Shown here: piece after piece, positions 31,948-46,023 of the stretch
How positions within the stretch are numbered: the stretch's first letter is position 1
Layout of the letters: every line of letters begins with the position of its first letter
Origin: Escherichia coli
GTDB taxonomy: Bacteria; Pseudomonadota; Gammaproteobacteria; Enterobacterales; Enterobacteriaceae
Reading direction: 5' to 3' (one strand)
DNA: 64,000 nt
NCBI RefSeq assembly: GCF_003018255.1
Contig: NZ_CP027440.1
Program-made: the position numbers and the translations under genes
Notes under the pieces: generated by a model
What the model was told of the DNA's origin: nothing
Seen by the model: the letters and a program-made list of their open reading frames with translations, nothing else
Database searches by the model: none

Positions 31948-32445
31948 TTATCCTGCGACGCTCGCAAAGAATTTTTTGTAATCCGTCGTTGCAAGCACCT
32001 TTTCAAGCTGTGCCACAAGCTGACGTAAGCCTTGCTCGTCCTCGTCTGTAAAGCGACCGAAGACGGTACTATCGATGTCGAGAACACCAATAATCTGATT
32101 TTTCACCACCAGCGGCAGAACAATTTCAGAATTACTCGTCGCATCACAGGCAATATGCCCGTCAAACGCATGAACATCCTCGATACGCTGCACTTGATTG
32201 CGGGCAACCGCAGTGCCGCACACGCCGCGCCCGACGGGTATCCGGACACAGGCAATTTTGCCCTGAAATGGTCCGAGCACCAGTGTATCGTCCTCAAGCA
32301 AATAAAAACCTGCCCAGTTTACGTCAGTGAGACGCTCATATAACAACGCACTGGTGTTCGCAAGCGTTGCCAGAAAACTGGTTTCTCCTGCCATCAGCGC
32401 GTTAAAGTCGCGATTTAAATCCGCGTAAAATTCTGTTTTGTTCAT
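31948..32445 (-). CDS. msrC: Free methionine-(R)-sulfoxide reductase MsrC (YebR), GAF domain, 165 aa
   Basis: Internal ATG (MNKTEFYADL) of ORF 31948..32499. Confidence 0.88.
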   Translation of the reverse strand: MNKTEFYADLNRDFNALMAGETSFLATLANTSALLYERLTDVNWAGFYLLEDDTLVLGPFQGKIACVRIPVGRGVCGTAVARNQVQRIEDVHAFDGHIACDATSNSEIVLPLVVKNQIIGVLDIDSTVFGRFTDEDEQGLRQLVAQLEKVLATTDYKKFFASVAG

Positions 32446-32574
32446 TATATAATCACTTGGTTGTCTTACCAGGAACTGCCAGCCTATTAAAATAAGCATT
32501 AAATGCGTTAATGCTCAAGATCATTCCCATCATGGGTTAAGATTAATGTTAATTCTTATTACATTTGGCACGTC

Positions 32575-33858
32575 ATGGCTCTTAACACACCACAAATTAC
32601 GCCGACAAAAAAGATAACAGTGAGGGCTATCGGTGAGGAACTGCCGCGTGGTGATTACCAACGTTGCCCGCAATGTGACATGCTGTTTAGCCTGCCCGAG
32701 ATAAATTCTCATCAAAGTGCCTATTGTCCGCGCTGTCAGGCAAAAATTCGTGACGGGCGCGACTGGTCGCTAACGCGCCTGGCGGCAATGGCCTTCACCA
32801 TGCTGTTGCTGATGCCGTTTGCCTGGGGCGAACCGCTGTTGCATATCTGGCTGTTAGGCATTCGTATTGACGCCAACGTCATGCAAGGCATCTGGCAAAT
32901 GACCAAACAGGGCGATGCGATAACGGGATCAATGGTCTTTTTTTGCGTTATTGGTGCCCCCCTCATTCTGGTGACCTCCATAGCTTATTTATGGTTTGGT
33001 AACCGACTGGGAATGAATCTACGTCCGGTACTGCTGATGCTTGAGCGACTGAAAGAGTGGGTAATGCTCGATATCTACCTGGTCGGCATTGGCGTTGCTT
33101 CTATAAAGGTACAGGATTATGCCCATATCCAGGCGGGTGTCGGCTTGTTCTCTTTTGTGGCGTTAGTGATTTTAACGACGGTGACGTTGTCACATCTCAA
33201 TGTCGAAGAACTGTGGGAGCGATTTTATCCACAGCGCCCCGCTACGTGTAGAGACGAGAAACTCCGTGTCTGTCTTGGGTGCCATTTTACCGGCTATCCT
33301 GATCAGCGTGGTCGCTGCCCGCGTTGCCATATCCCGCTACGCCTGCGTCGCCGTCATAGTCTGCAAAAATGCTGGGCGGCGCTGTTAGCGTCAATCGTTT
33401 TATTGTTACCTGCCAACCTGTTGCCTATTTCTATCATTTATCTGAATGGTGGCCGGCAGGAAGATACAATTCTTTCCGGGATTATGTCGCTGGCAAGTAG
33501 CAACATTGCGGTCGCCGGAATCGTGTTTATCGCCAGTATTCTGGTACCGTTTACTAAAGTGATCGTCATGTTCACTTTACTGTTGAGTATTCATTTTAAA
33601 TGCCAGCAAGGTTTACGCACACGCATTCTGTTACTGCGGATGGTGACCTGGATTGGTCGCTGGTCGATGCTCGACCTGTTTGTCATATCTTTAACCATGT
33701 CGCTGATTAATCGCGATCAGATCCTCGCTTTTACTATGGGACCGGCTGCGTTTTATTTCGGCGCAGCGGTAATTTTGACTATTCTTGCTGTGGAATGGCT
33801 GGACAGCCGCTTACTTTGGGATGCACATGAGTCAGGAAACGCCCGCTTCGACGACTGA
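32575..33858 (+). CDS. letA: Lipophilic envelope-spanning tunnel protein A (LetA/YebS, PqiA-like), 427 aa
   Basis: ORF 32575..33858; two zinc-ribbon-like CxxC pairs and paired TM modules. Confidence 0.92.
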   Translation: MALNTPQITPTKKITVRAIGEELPRGDYQRCPQCDMLFSLPEINSHQSAYCPRCQAKIRDGRDWSLTRLAAMAFTMLLLMPFAWGEPLLHIWLLGIRIDANVMQGIWQMTKQGDAITGSMVFFCVIGAPLILVTSIAYLWFGNRLGMNLRPVLLMLERLKEWVMLDIYLVGIGVASIKVQDYAHIQAGVGLFSFVALVILTTVTLSHLNVEELWERFYPQRPATCRDEKLRVCLGCHFTGYPDQRGRCPRCHIPLRLRRRHSLQKCWAALLASIVLLLPANLLPISIIYLNGGRQEDTILSGIMSLASSNIAVAGIVFIASILVPFTKVIVMFTLLLSIHFKCQQGLRTRILLLRMVTWIGRWSMLDLFVISLTMSLINRDQILAFTMGPAAFYFGAAVILTILAVEWLDSRLLWDAHESGNARFDD

Positions 33859-36460
33859 AGCGCAGATTAAAAATAAACGCCGTATCTCACCTTTCTGGCT
33901 GCTGCCGTTCATCGCGCTAATGATTGCCGGTTGGCTGATTTGGGATAGTTATCAGGACCGGGGTAATACCGTCACCATCGACTTTATGTCGGCGGATGGT
34001 ATTGTCCCGGGCCGCACCCCTGTTCGTTATCAGGGCGTTGAAGTCGGAACTGTGCAGGATATCAGCCTGAGCGACGATCTTCGTAAGATTGAAGTCAAGG
34101 TCAGCATCAAGTCTGATATGAAAGATGCGCTGCGCGAAGAGACACAGTTCTGGCTGGTGACGCCAAAGGCCTCACTGGCAGGTGTCTCCGGGCTGGATGC
34201 CCTCGTCGGTGGTAACTATATCGGCATGATGCCAGGTAAAGGTAAAGAGCAGGATCACTTTGTCGCACTCGATACCCAACCGAAGTATCGGCTGGATAAT
34301 GGCGATCTGATGATCCACCTGCAAGCCCCCGATCTCGGTTCACTGAACAGCGGTTCATTGGTCTATTTCCGTAAGATCCCGGTGGGTAAAGTCTACGACT
34401 ATGCCATCAATCCCAATAAGCAAGGCGTGGTGATTGATGTCCTGATCGAGCGGCGTTTTACCGACCTGGTGAAAAAAGGTAGCCGTTTCTGGAACGTTTC
34501 CGGCGTTGATGCCAACGTCAGTATCAGTGGCGCGAAGGTGAAACTGGAAAGTCTGGCGGCACTGGTTAACGGTGCGATTGCCTTCGATTCACCTGAAGAG
34601 TCGAAACCTGCCGAGGCGGAAGATACCTTTGGTCTGTATGAAGATCTCGCCCACAGCCAGCGTGGCGTAATAATAAAACTGGAACTGCCGAGTGGGGCCG
34701 GATTAACCGCCGACTCGACGCCGTTAATGTATCAGGGGCTGGAAGTCGGACAGCTGACTAAACTGGATTTAAATCCTGGTGGTAAAGTCACCGGAGAAAT
34801 GACCGTTGATCCCAGCGTCGTTACGCTGTTACGGGAAAATACCCGCATCGAATTACGTAATCCGAAATTATCCCTTAGCGATGCCAATCTCAGCGCCCTG
34901 CTGACCGGAAAAACCTTTGAGTTGGTGCCCGGCGATGGTGAGCCACGCAAAGAGTTCGTTGTTGTGCCAGGCGAAAAAGCCCTGCTACAAGAGCCGGATG
35001 TTCTGACACTGACCCTGACAGCACCAGAAAGTTACGGTATTGATGCTGGTCAGCCGCTCATTCTCCACGGTGTGCAAGTAGGCCAGGTTATTGATCGTAA
35101 ACTCACCAGCAAAGGCGTTACCTTTACCGTCGCCATCGAGCCTCAGCATCGCGAACTGGTAAAAGGCGATAGCAAATTTGTCGTCAACAGCCGTGTCGAC
35201 GTGAAGGTGGGGCTGGATGGCGTTGAGTTTCTCGGTGCCAGCGCCTCAGAATGGATTAACGGCGGGATACGTATTCTGCCGGGCGATAAAGGCGAGATGA
35301 AAGCCAGCTATCCACTGTATGCCAATCTGGAAAAAGCGCTGGAGAACAGCCTTAGCGATTTACCCACCACAACCGTAAGTTTGAGTGCAGAGACGCTGCC
35401 GGATGTGCAGGCAGGATCGGTAGTGCTGTACCGTAAATTTGAAGTTGGTGAAGTTATTACTGTGCGTCCGCGAGCTAACGCGTTTGATATCGATCTGCAT
35501 ATTAAGCCGGAGTATCGCAACCTTCTGACCAGCAACAGCGTGTTCTGGGCAGAAGGTGGGGCGAAAGTTCAGCTAAATGGTAGTGGTCTGACCGTACAGG
35601 CATCCCCGCTCTCCAGAGCATTAAAGGGGGCTATTAGCTTCGATAACCTCAGCGGTGCCAGCGCCAGTCAGCGTAAAGGCGACAAGCGTATTCTGTATGC
35701 TTCCGAAACAGCGGCCCGTGCGGTTGGCGGGCAAATTACGCTTCACGCTTTCGATGCCGGAAAACTGGCGGTCGGGATGCCAATTCGCTATCTCGGTATT
35801 GATATCGGGCAAATCCAGACGCTGGATCTGATTACCGCGCGCAATGAAGTACAGGCAAAGGCGGTACTTTACCCGGAATATGTCCAGACCTTTGCACGCG
35901 GTGGTACACGCTTCTCAGTGGTCACACCGCAAATTTCGGCAGCTGGCGTTGAGCATCTTGATACTATCCTCCAGCCGTATATCAACGTCGAACCAGGCCG
36001 GGGCAATCCTCGGCGCGACTTTGAATTACAAGAGGCTACCATAACTGATTCGCGTTACCTGGATGGCTTAAGCATTATTGTTGAAGCGCCGGAAGCCGGT
36101 TCGTTAGGCATCGGTACGCCTGTGCTGTTCCGTGGTCTGGAAGTCGGTACGGTTACCGGAATGACGCTGGGGACATTGTCAGATCGCGTGATGATTGCGA
36201 TGCGCATCAGTAAACGCTATCAACACCTGGTGCGTAACAATTCCGTCTTCTGGTTGGCATCGGGTTACAGTCTGGACTTTGGTCTGACGGGCGGCGTAGT
36301 GAAAACCGGCACCTTTAACCAGTTTATCCGTGGCGGCATCGCCTTCGCCACGCCTCCGGGTACGCCACTGGCACCGAAAGCCCAGGAAGGCAAGCACTTC
36401 CTGTTGCAGGAAAGTGAACCGAAAGAGTGGCGTGAATGGGGAACTGCGCTTCCCAAATAA
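33827..36460 (+). CDS. letB: Lipophilic envelope-spanning tunnel protein B (LetB/YebT), seven tandem MCE domains, 877 aa
   Basis: Internal ATG (MSQETPAST) of ORF 33785..36460; start overlaps letA 3' end by 32 nt; repeated MCE-like segments. Confidence 0.92.
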   Translation: MSQETPASTTEAQIKNKRRISPFWLLPFIALMIAGWLIWDSYQDRGNTVTIDFMSADGIVPGRTPVRYQGVEVGTVQDISLSDDLRKIEVKVSIKSDMKDALREETQFWLVTPKASLAGVSGLDALVGGNYIGMMPGKGKEQDHFVALDTQPKYRLDNGDLMIHLQAPDLGSLNSGSLVYFRKIPVGKVYDYAINPNKQGVVIDVLIERRFTDLVKKGSRFWNVSGVDANVSISGAKVKLESLAALVNGAIAFDSPEESKPAEAEDTFGLYEDLAHSQRGVIIKLELPSGAGLTADSTPLMYQGLEVGQLTKLDLNPGGKVTGEMTVDPSVVTLLRENTRIELRNPKLSLSDANLSALLTGKTFELVPGDGEPRKEFVVVPGEKALLQEPDVLTLTLTAPESYGIDAGQPLILHGVQVGQVIDRKLTSKGVTFTVAIEPQHRELVKGDSKFVVNSRVDVKVGLDGVEFLGASASEWINGGIRILPGDKGEMKASYPLYANLEKALENSLSDLPTTTVSLSAETLPDVQAGSVVLYRKFEVGEVITVRPRANAFDIDLHIKPEYRNLLTSNSVFWAEGGAKVQLNGSGLTVQASPLSRALKGAISFDNLSGASASQRKGDKRILYASETAARAVGGQITLHAFDAGKLAVGMPIRYLGIDIGQIQTLDLITARNEVQAKAVLYPEYVQTFARGGTRFSVVTPQISAAGVEHLDTILQPYINVEPGRGNPRRDFELQEATITDSRYLDGLSIIVEAPEAGSLGIGTPVLFRGLEVGTVTGMTLGTLSDRVMIAMRISKRYQHLVRNNSVFWLASGYSLDFGLTGGVVKTGTFNQFIRGGIAFATPPGTPLAPKAQEGKHFLLQESEPKEWREWGTALPK

Positions 36461-36539
36461 TGCCCACTGCTCCGGCGTGCCTGCGCCGGAGCGTTTATGC
36501 TAAACTGCGCGCCTGTTTTTTTGCCAGTGGTATATGCTC

Positions 36540-37979
36540 GTGGCCCAACACACCGTTTATTTCCCGGACGCCTTTCTGACACAAATGCGCGAAGCGATGC
36601 CTTCGACGCTCTCTTTTGATGATTTTCTTGCCGCCTGTCAGCGCCCGTTGCGCCGCAGCATTCGCGTTAATACGCTGAAAACCTCCGTTGCTGATTTCCT
36701 GCAATTAACTGCTCCTTATGGCTGGACGCTTACGCCAATTCCGTGGTGTGAAGAAGGTTTCTGGATTGAACGCGACAGTGAAGATGCATTGCCGTTGGGT
36801 AGTACCGCCGAGCATTTAAGCGGCCTGTTTTATATTCAGGAAGCCAGTTCAATGTTGCCTGTTGCCGCCTTGTTTGCTGACGGTAATGCACCACAGCGGG
36901 TGATGGATGTCGCTGCCGCGCCCGGCTCCAAAACGACGCAAATTGCCGCGCGGATGAATAACGAAGGGGCAATCCTTGCCAATGAGTTTTCCGCCAGTCG
37001 GGTAAAAGTGTTACATGCCAATATCAGCCGCTGTGGCATCAGTAATGTTGCGCTCACGCATTTTGATGGCCGCGTATTTGGTGCGGCAGTGCCAGAAATG
37101 TTCGATGCCATTTTGCTGGACGCTCCCTGCTCCGGCGAAGGCGTGGTGCGTAAAGATCCCGATGCGCTAAAAAACTGGTCACCAGAAAGCAATCAGGAAA
37201 TCGCAGCGACCCAACGGGAACTGATCGACAGCGCCTTTCATGCATTACGTCCTGGCGGTACGCTGGTTTACTCGACCTGTACCTTAAACCGGGAAGAAAA
37301 CGAAGCCGTTTGCCTGTGGCTGAAAGAGACTTATCCCGACGCAGTAGAGTTTTTACCGCTTGGCGATCTCTTCCCTGGTGCAAACAAGGCGCTGACCGAG
37401 GAAGGCTTTTTGCATGTTTTCCCACAAATTTACGACTGCGAAGGCTTCTTCGTTGCTCGTCTGCGTAAAACTCAGGCGATTCCCGCCTTACCCACCCCAA
37501 AATACAAAGTGGGCAATTTCCCGTTCAGCCCGGTGAAAGATCGCGAAGCCGGACAAATTCGTCAGGCGGCTGCAAGTGTTGGCTTAAACTGGGATGAAAA
37601 CCTGCGACTCTGGCAGCGTGACAAAGAACTGTGGTTGTTCCCGGTGGGCATTGAAGCCCTGATCGGTAAAGTCCGATTTTCTCGCTTGGGGATTAAACTT
37701 GCCGAAACGCACAACAAAGGTTATCGCTGGCAGCATGAAGCCGTTATTGCCCTTGCCTCCCCCGACAATGTGAACGCTTTTGAACTGACACCGCAGGAAG
37801 CGGAAGAGTGGTATCGCGGGCGCGATGTTTACCCGCAAGCCGCGCCAGTAGCGGATGATGTATTGGTTACTTTCCAGCATCAGCCGATTGGTTTAGCCAA
37901 ACGGATTGGTTCGCGACTGAAAAACAGCTACCCGCGTGAACTGGTGCGCGATGGGAAACTTTTTACCGGTAACGCCTGA
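36540..37979 (+). CDS. rsmF: 16S rRNA m5C1407 methyltransferase RsmF (YebU), 479 aa, GTG start
   Basis: ORF 36534..37979; known N-terminus MAQHTVYF begins at GTG 36540; SAM-MTase motifs ([18 protein letters not shown]). Confidence 0.9.
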   Translation: MAQHTVYFPDAFLTQMREAMPSTLSFDDFLAACQRPLRRSIRVNTLKTSVADFLQLTAPYGWTLTPIPWCEEGFWIERDSEDALPLGSTAEHLSGLFYIQEASSMLPVAALFADGNAPQRVMDVAAAPGSKTTQIAARMNNEGAILANEFSASRVKVLHANISRCGISNVALTHFDGRVFGAAVPEMFDAILLDAPCSGEGVVRKDPDALKNWSPESNQEIAATQRELIDSAFHALRPGGTLVYSTCTLNREENEAVCLWLKETYPDAVEFLPLGDLFPGANKALTEEGFLHVFPQIYDCEGFFVARLRKTQAIPALPTPKYKVGNFPFSPVKDREAGQIRQAAASVGLNWDENLRLWQRDKELWLFPVGIEALIGKVRFSRLGIKLAETHNKGYRWQHEAVIALASPDNVNAFELTPQEAEEWYRGRDVYPQAAPVADDVLVTFQHQPIGLAKRIGSRLKNSYPRELVRDGKLFTGNA

Positions 37980-38096
37980 CAGCGCACAAAAAAAGCGCAC
38001 TTTTTGACTGGCACATTCGGCTGCCTCAACTAGGCTGAAAAATGGTGCGATCGGACTGGTCGTACCACAACCGGCAGCTAAATGGAGAGCACGAAG

Positions 38097-38333
38097 ATGA
38101 AAACCAGTGTGCGCATAGGCGCTTTTGAAATCGACGACGGCGAATTACACGGCGAATCGCCGGGTGATCGAACGTTAACCATTCCTTGTAAATCAGACCC
38201 CGATTTATGTATGCAACTGGATGCCTGGGATGCTGAAACCAGTATTCCTGCCCTGCTAAATGGCGAACACTCTGTCCTTTACCGTACCCGTTACGATCAA
38301 CAATCTGATGCCTGGATTATGCGTCTTGCCTGA
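38097..38333 (+). CDS. yebV: Uncharacterized protein YebV, 78 aa
   Basis: Internal ATG at 38097 of ORF 38082..38333. Confidence 0.85.
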   Translation: MKTSVRIGAFEIDDGELHGESPGDRTLTIPCKSDPDLCMQLDAWDAETSIPALLNGEHSVLYRTRYDQQSDAWIMRLA

Positions 38334-38437
38334 TCCAAAAAGAACCCGTCGGCATGGCGGGTTATTTGTCCTGGTTATTTCCCCGTTGTAAAATCTCTCC
38401 TAAACTTAACGGTACGGCACCACACTTCGGGGATGAA

Positions 38438-38629
38438 ATGTTCGCGCTGGTACTTTTTGTTTGCTACCTGGATGGCGGTTGTGAAGATATTGTTGTGGAT
38501 GTCTACAACACGGAACAGCAGTGTCTTTATTCTATGAGCGATCAACGGATCCGCCATGGCGGTTGTTTTCCAATCGAGGATTTTATTGATGGTTTCTGGC
38601 GACCAGCACAGGAGTACGGTGATTTTTAA
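38438..38629 (+). CDS. yebW: Uncharacterized protein YebW, 63 aa
   Basis: Internal ATG at 38438 of ORF 38354..38629. Confidence 0.8.
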   Translation: MFALVLFVCYLDGGCEDIVVDVYNTEQQCLYSMSDQRIRHGGCFPIEDFIDGFWRPAQEYGDF

Positions 38630-39286
38630 TTATTGCAATTGCACAAGAGTCAGTTCGCCCCCAAAGACAGCACCGGTATCAATATAATGCAGGTTGCCAA
38701 TATCCACGCGATGTCGCAACGGTGTATGACCAAACCAGAAATGATCAGCACCTTTAATTCCCTGCCCTTTTGGGCGTTCACCTAATCGCGAGCGGCTCCA
38801 CAAGACCTGATGCAAATCAACGTCCTTTTGCCATTCATAAACATCATCCGGATAATCGGCATGGGCAATAACATGTTTGCCGGTGCGACTGTGTACTTCA
38901 AGAATAAAGGGCAAATGCTGACATTTTTCCAGCGCCGTTTTCGCTTGTTTCTGTTGATTATCTGCCAGCGCAATAAACCAGTCGCCGCCATTCATGAACC
39001 ACAAAGACATCTGCTGGGATGCCAGCGCATCCATCGCCATCTGTTCATGATTGCCTCTTACCGCACGAACCCAATGTTGTTCCAGTAACTGCAGGCAACG
39101 TAAACTTTGCGGCCCACGATCGATAACGTCTCCCACTGAGATAAGTAAATCTCGCCACGGATCAAAACGACAATGCCATAATTTGCGGCGCAACTGCTCA
39201 AGACAACCGTGTATATCGCCTGAAAGCCAGATATGTCGCCATTGATGACCCGCAATTCTCTGATAAACGGGCGCAGGCTGTTTCAT
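38630..39286 (-). CDS. pphA: Ser/Thr protein phosphatase 1 (PphA/PrpA), 218 aa
   Basis: ORF 38630..39289 minus; calcineurin-like phosphoesterase motifs GDIHG, GDVIDRG, GNHE. Confidence 0.92.
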   Translation of the reverse strand: MKQPAPVYQRIAGHQWRHIWLSGDIHGCLEQLRRKLWHCRFDPWRDLLISVGDVIDRGPQSLRCLQLLEQHWVRAVRGNHEQMAMDALASQQMSLWFMNGGDWFIALADNQQKQAKTALEKCQHLPFILEVHSRTGKHVIAHADYPDDVYEWQKDVDLHQVLWSRSRLGERPKGQGIKGADHFWFGHTPLRHRVDIGNLHYIDTGAVFGGELTLVQLQ

Positions 39287-39322
39287 CAATATTTTCCTCC
39301 CGCGCTAAAGATCACATAATCT

Positions 39323-39571
39323 TAACAAGAATGTTAAAAAACGCTGGACGCAGACAGTAGAGTGTGTGTTATGGTTGACTATAAAGTCAGCGAAGGGAAT
39401 GCTTCTGGCTTTTAACAGATAAAAAGAGACCGAACACGATTCCTGTATTCGGTCCAGGGAAATGGCTCTTGGGAGAGAGCCGTGCGCTAAAAGTTGGCAT
39501 TAATGCAGGCTTAGTTGCCTTGCTCTTTAAGAATAGATGACGACGCCAGGTTTTCCAGTTTGCGTGCAAAA
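39323..39571 (+). ncRNA. ryeA: RyeA (SraC) sRNA, antisense partner of SdsR (boundaries approximate)
   Basis: Non-coding pphA-yebY spacer; plus-strand transcript position inferred from recall of the ryeA/ryeB overlapping arrangement. Confidence 0.5.
39421..39523 (-). ncRNA. sdsR: SdsR (RyeB) sigma-S-dependent sRNA
   Basis: Minus strand reads GCAAGGCAACTAAGCCTGCATTAATGCCAACTTTTAGCGCACGGCTCTCTCCCAAGAGCCATTTCCCTGGACCGAATACAGGAATCGTGTTCGGTCTCTTTTT, ending in a terminator hairpin plus U-tract. Confidence 0.8.
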
Positions 39572-39608
39572 TGGTCAATAAAAAGCGTGGTGGTCATCAG
39601 CTTAAATG

Positions 39609-39650
39609 TTAAAAACCGCCCGTTCTGGTGAAAGAACTGAGGCGGTTTTT
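39609..39650. terminator. Bidirectional terminator-like hairpin downstream of yebY (A-tract / stem / T-tract)
   Basis: aaaaaccgcccgttctggtgaaagaactgaggcggtttttt. Confidence 0.55.
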
Positions 39651-39680
39651 TATTGGAAATCAAAAGGCTATTTTAGGTAA

Positions 39681-40022
39681 TTAACAGAGTTTTTCAGCTC
39701 GCTCTATAAACGGTGCCAGACTCATTTTTTCGCCGGGATTGTTAGGATCATCAATCTGAATCACCGAAATGGGTTGGGCTTTAGTCTTCCCACTGGCAAC
39801 TTCCTTTTGTGCGATATCGTTTAACGGATACTGCACGAGGGTACTTGGGTTGATGACATACAAAGCATTACCCGGTCGGCAAGTCAGCATCACCTCTTCG
39901 CGATTAAACGCCCATTTGTCTTTACCCACTTCAAAACGGCTGACGGTAATCACCTGCGGTGCCGCCAGCGCCGCTGCAGAACTGGTGAGTAACAGAAACG
40001 CCAGAATACTTTTTTTCATCAT
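39681..40022 (-). CDS. yebY: DUF2511 periplasmic protein YebY, 113 aa
   Basis: ORF 39681..40022 minus; signal peptide [20 protein letters not shown]. Confidence 0.9.
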   Translation of the reverse strand: MMKKSILAFLLLTSSAAALAAPQVITVSRFEVGKDKWAFNREEVMLTCRPGNALYVINPSTLVQYPLNDIAQKEVASGKTKAQPISVIQIDDPNNPGEKMSLAPFIERAEKLC

Positions 40023-40034
40023 TTTCGTAATCCA

Positions 40035-40907
40035 TCAAAAAGGTTCGAGAGTCGCAAGCAGGCTGATGATCACCAGCACTACCGCACCTATCGCCCATTC
40101 GAGTTTAGTCATCCACACAAACCAGGGAGCCGCACGATCTTCATCCTGCCTCATGCGCGGTACAAGAACATAACGATTAGCCAGCGCGATGACCACCATA
40201 ATCATCACCAGGATGGCTTTGAGCATTAAGAGTTGGCCCCAGTAAGTCGTAAGCGTGGGGGGAAATCCGGTAATCAACAATGCATTAAGCACGCCGCTTG
40301 CCAGTACGCCGATCACCGCAAAATGCCCGCACCAGGAAAAACGCATCAGCGCCTGAATAGCCTGGTGTCGCCAACGGCCTTTGATGAGTTGCATACACCA
40401 GAGCACCGGCAGTAATCCCCCAAACCACGCCGCCGCACAGATCAGGTGAATTGCGTGATTAGTCTGATGGATTTTCGCCGTTACCCCTTCATTCAGCGTC
40501 GCATGCCCGACTCCCGCCAGCAGAATAAATTGCGCGGTAGTGAGCATAAATAGCAAACGTGGCATATTCTGCGGTTGCATAAGGGCAACGATCAACGTTA
40601 CGAGGGCGAGAACAATTTGCCATAACCAGATGCCACCAAACTGCGTTTGCAAAACAGCCAGCCAAATGTTTGGCGAAAATACATCTGACCATCCCGTTCC
40701 CATCAACCCGCCCTGAACGGCGAGCATTGCAGTGGCACTGATCAAACTCCAGACGGCAGCGTGCTGTTGTAAACGCAGAAAACGCTTCGTCAGCAAGCGA
40801 CGAATCGTTAAGGGGGCCAGCCAGGCACCGTACATTGCGAAGCCAAAAACCAGCATCAACGAGGTGAAATGGATAAATCGCAGCGCGATCCAGGTAAACG
40901 CCAGCAT
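40035..40907 (-). CDS. yebZ: CopD-family inner-membrane protein YebZ, 290 aa
   Basis: ORF 40035..40907 minus; 8-TM-like CopD homolog. Confidence 0.9.
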   Translation of the reverse strand: MLAFTWIALRFIHFTSLMLVFGFAMYGAWLAPLTIRRLLTKRFLRLQQHAAVWSLISATAMLAVQGGLMGTGWSDVFSPNIWLAVLQTQFGGIWLWQIVLALVTLIVALMQPQNMPRLLFMLTTAQFILLAGVGHATLNEGVTAKIHQTNHAIHLICAAAWFGGLLPVLWCMQLIKGRWRHQAIQALMRFSWCGHFAVIGVLASGVLNALLITGFPPTLTTYWGQLLMLKAILVMIMVVIALANRYVLVPRMRQDEDRAAPWFVWMTKLEWAIGAVVLVIISLLATLEPF

Positions 40908-40910
40908 GAT

Positions 40911-41285
40911 TTATTTCACGCTAAAGGTGTAGTGTCCTTTCGTTTTATGCCCGTCCACCGAAACAACATGCCAGTCAACGGTGTAGGTTCCGGGTTTCAG
41001 CGAATCGGCCAGTGGAACAATCAGTTGCTTTTGGTCCTGCTCATTCCGCTTCGCCGGTAATGTTTTAATATTTTCGTTTTTTGGCCCCGTGATTTTTGCA
41101 CCACTGAATCCTGTTTCAACGCCTTCCGAGAAGTTTAAAGTGATTGCCTGCGGGGCAGCTGTCACTTGCGCATTTGCCGCAGGATACTGATGCGTTAAAT
41201 GCGCATGTGCCCAGACGGAAGGTGTCACCAACGAAGTGGTCAGGATTGCCAGCGCGTAGCGAAGGGAGCGTGCAGTTGAAGCCAT
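40911..41285 (-). CDS. yobA: CopC-family periplasmic copper-binding protein YobA, 124 aa
   Basis: ORF 40911..41285 minus; signal peptide then mature N-terminal His (AHAHLT) typical of CopC Cu(II) site. Confidence 0.9.
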   Translation of the reverse strand: MASTARSLRYALAILTTSLVTPSVWAHAHLTHQYPAANAQVTAAPQAITLNFSEGVETGFSGAKITGPKNENIKTLPAKRNEQDQKQLIVPLADSLKPGTYTVDWHVVSVDGHKTKGHYTFSVK

Positions 41286-41423
41286 ATTATCTATTCCTTT
41301 TTGTAATAACTTTTTTACAGAGCATAACCTTGTCTAATGTCTGAGTCGAGGATCATCAATTCCGGCTTGCCATCCAGGCTCACTCTTAGTAACTTTTGCC
41401 CGCGAATGATGAGGAGATTAAGA

Positions 41424-41654
41424 ATGCTGAAGAATCTGGCTAAACTGGATCAAACAGAAATGGATAAAGTGAATGTCGATTTGGCGGCGGCCGGGGTGGC
41501 ATTTAAAGAACGCTACAATATGCCGGTGATCGCTGAAGCGGTTGAACGTGAACAGCCTGAACATTTGCGCAGCTGGTTTCGCGAGCGGCTTATCGCCCAC
41601 CGTTTGGCTTCGGTCAATCTGTCACGTTTACCTTACGAGCCCAAACTTAAATAA
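41424..41654 (+). CDS. holE: DNA polymerase III theta subunit HolE, 76 aa
   Basis: Internal ATG ([31 protein letters not shown]) of ORF 41337..41654. Confidence 0.92.
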
Positions 41655-41755
41655 AACTTATACAGAGTTACACTTTCTTACATAACGCCTGCTAAATTAT
41701 GAGTATTTTCTAAACCGCACCCATAATTTGCAGTCATTTTGAAAAGGAAGTCATT

Positions 41756-42412
41756 ATGTCGTTCTGGAAAGTTGCAGCAGCGCAATATGAGCCTCGTAAA
41801 ACCTCACTGACCGAACAGGTAGCTCATCATCTGGAGTTTGTGAGTGCCGCCGCCAGGCAACAATGTCAGCTATTAGTTTTTCCATCGCTTTCTTTACTGG
41901 GGTGTGATTATTCGCGACGTGCCCTTCCTGCCCCACCCGATCTCTCGCTGTTAGACCCGCTTTGTTATGCTGCAACGACCTGGCGAATGACCATCATTGC
42001 CGGCCTTCCCGTTGAATATAACGATCGCTTTATTCGTGGAATTGCGGTGTTCGCACCGTGGCGAAAAACACCAGGGATCTACCATCAGAGTCATGGTGCA
42101 TGTCTGGGCCGTCGTTCCAGAACCATCACGGTGGTCGATGAACAACCGGAAGGTATGGATATGGACCCGACCTGTTCACTGTTTACGACAGGGCAATGTC
42201 TGGGGGAACCCGACCTACTGGCATCTACCCGCCGCTTACAATTTTTTTCACATCAGTACTCAATTGCCGTGCTGATGGCAAATGCCCGTGGTAACAGTGC
42301 ACTATGGGATGAACATGGTCGTCTCATCGTTCGCGCCGATCGTGGTTCATTATTGTTAGTCGGTCAGCGTTCATCACAGGGTTGGCAAGGCGATATCATT
42401 CCATTACGCTAG
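41756..42412 (+). CDS. yobB: Carbon-nitrogen hydrolase (nitrilase) family protein YobB, 218 aa
   Basis: ORF 41756..42412. Confidence 0.88.
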   Translation: MSFWKVAAAQYEPRKTSLTEQVAHHLEFVSAAARQQCQLLVFPSLSLLGCDYSRRALPAPPDLSLLDPLCYAATTWRMTIIAGLPVEYNDRFIRGIAVFAPWRKTPGIYHQSHGACLGRRSRTITVVDEQPEGMDMDPTCSLFTTGQCLGEPDLLASTRRLQFFSHQYSIAVLMANARGNSALWDEHGRLIVRADRGSLLLVGQRSSQGWQGDIIPLR

Positions 42413-42435
42413 GCTTTTTCGGCCTGGAGCATGCC

Positions 42436-45182
<2,747 letters not shown>

Positions 45183-45363
45183 TTATAAGGGTGGCAAAAC
45201 TCACCGGGGATGCAAGCGAAACAGGGTAGTCATTGCTTAGATGATGACAGGTAATGGCGCGGATATCGAATGTTATGCAGACAGAGAAAATCAGCCTGCT
45301 CAAATGGCTGTGCGGTTCTGGATAACCCGAAATAATCAGCTTCAGGCTATCCAGAGAGCGGAA

Positions 45364-46023
45364 TTACTCCGCCAAAGTACGTTTTTGCTGTTCGAGATCG
45401 CGTTCAATGCCTTCACGAACATCCTGGGGGATTTTCAGCGCATCACCCAGTGCATTCAGGTAACTGCGTTCCATAAAATGGTCAATATCAATAGCCGCGC
45501 AGCTCAGGAAATAGATTTCCAGCGCCTCTTCTTCATTGCGGACCCCGGTAGCCAGGCGTTGTGGATCCAGCGGTTGTTCGATTGCCTGCTCAATGAGTAC
45601 ACGCCCCTTCTCTTCCACACCGGCTTCTCGCAATTGCTGGTCGATTGCCGCACGTTCTTTGGCATCAATATGGCCATCACTTTTAGCGGCAAAGACCAGC
45701 GCAAGGATCAAACGTTCCGTACGCTCATCCAGCGGCGTACTTTGCGCGCCAAACTGCGGTTCATCCTGATGCGCCGCGCGAATTTTATCTTTGTATTTAT
45801 TCCACAGCACCGTACCCGCTACCGCTCCGCCGCCAACCAGTAACGCGTTTGTGCCATATTTCGTAAGAAGTTTACGTGCTGATTTATTTGCGACCAGCAG
45901 CCCAGCCAGTCCGCCTAATGCGCCAGGCACTAAAAGTTTGCCCAATCCCTGATCCGCAGACGAGGAGGTAGAAGAACGGCTTTGCCCAAGCAGGGATTGC
46001 AGTTGATTTAACCAGTTAGCCAT
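45364..46023 (-). CDS. yebE: DUF533 inner-membrane protein YebE, 219 aa
   Basis: ORF 45364..46023 minus. Confidence 0.9.
   Translation of the reverse strand: MANWLNQLQSLLGQSRSSTSSSADQGLGKLLVPGALGGLAGLLVANKSARKLLTKYGTNALLVGGGAVAGTVLWNKYKDKIRAAHQDEPQFGAQSTPLDERTERLILALVFAAKSDGHIDAKERAAIDQQLREAGVEEKGRVLIEQAIEQPLDPQRLATGVRNEEEALEIYFLSCAAIDIDHFMERSYLNALGDALKIPQDVREGIERDLEQQKRTLAE

Noticed and set aside
45241-45843. 200-aa plus-strand ORF
   Set aside because: Antisense to yebE and its promoter; no SD; rejected as non-coding.
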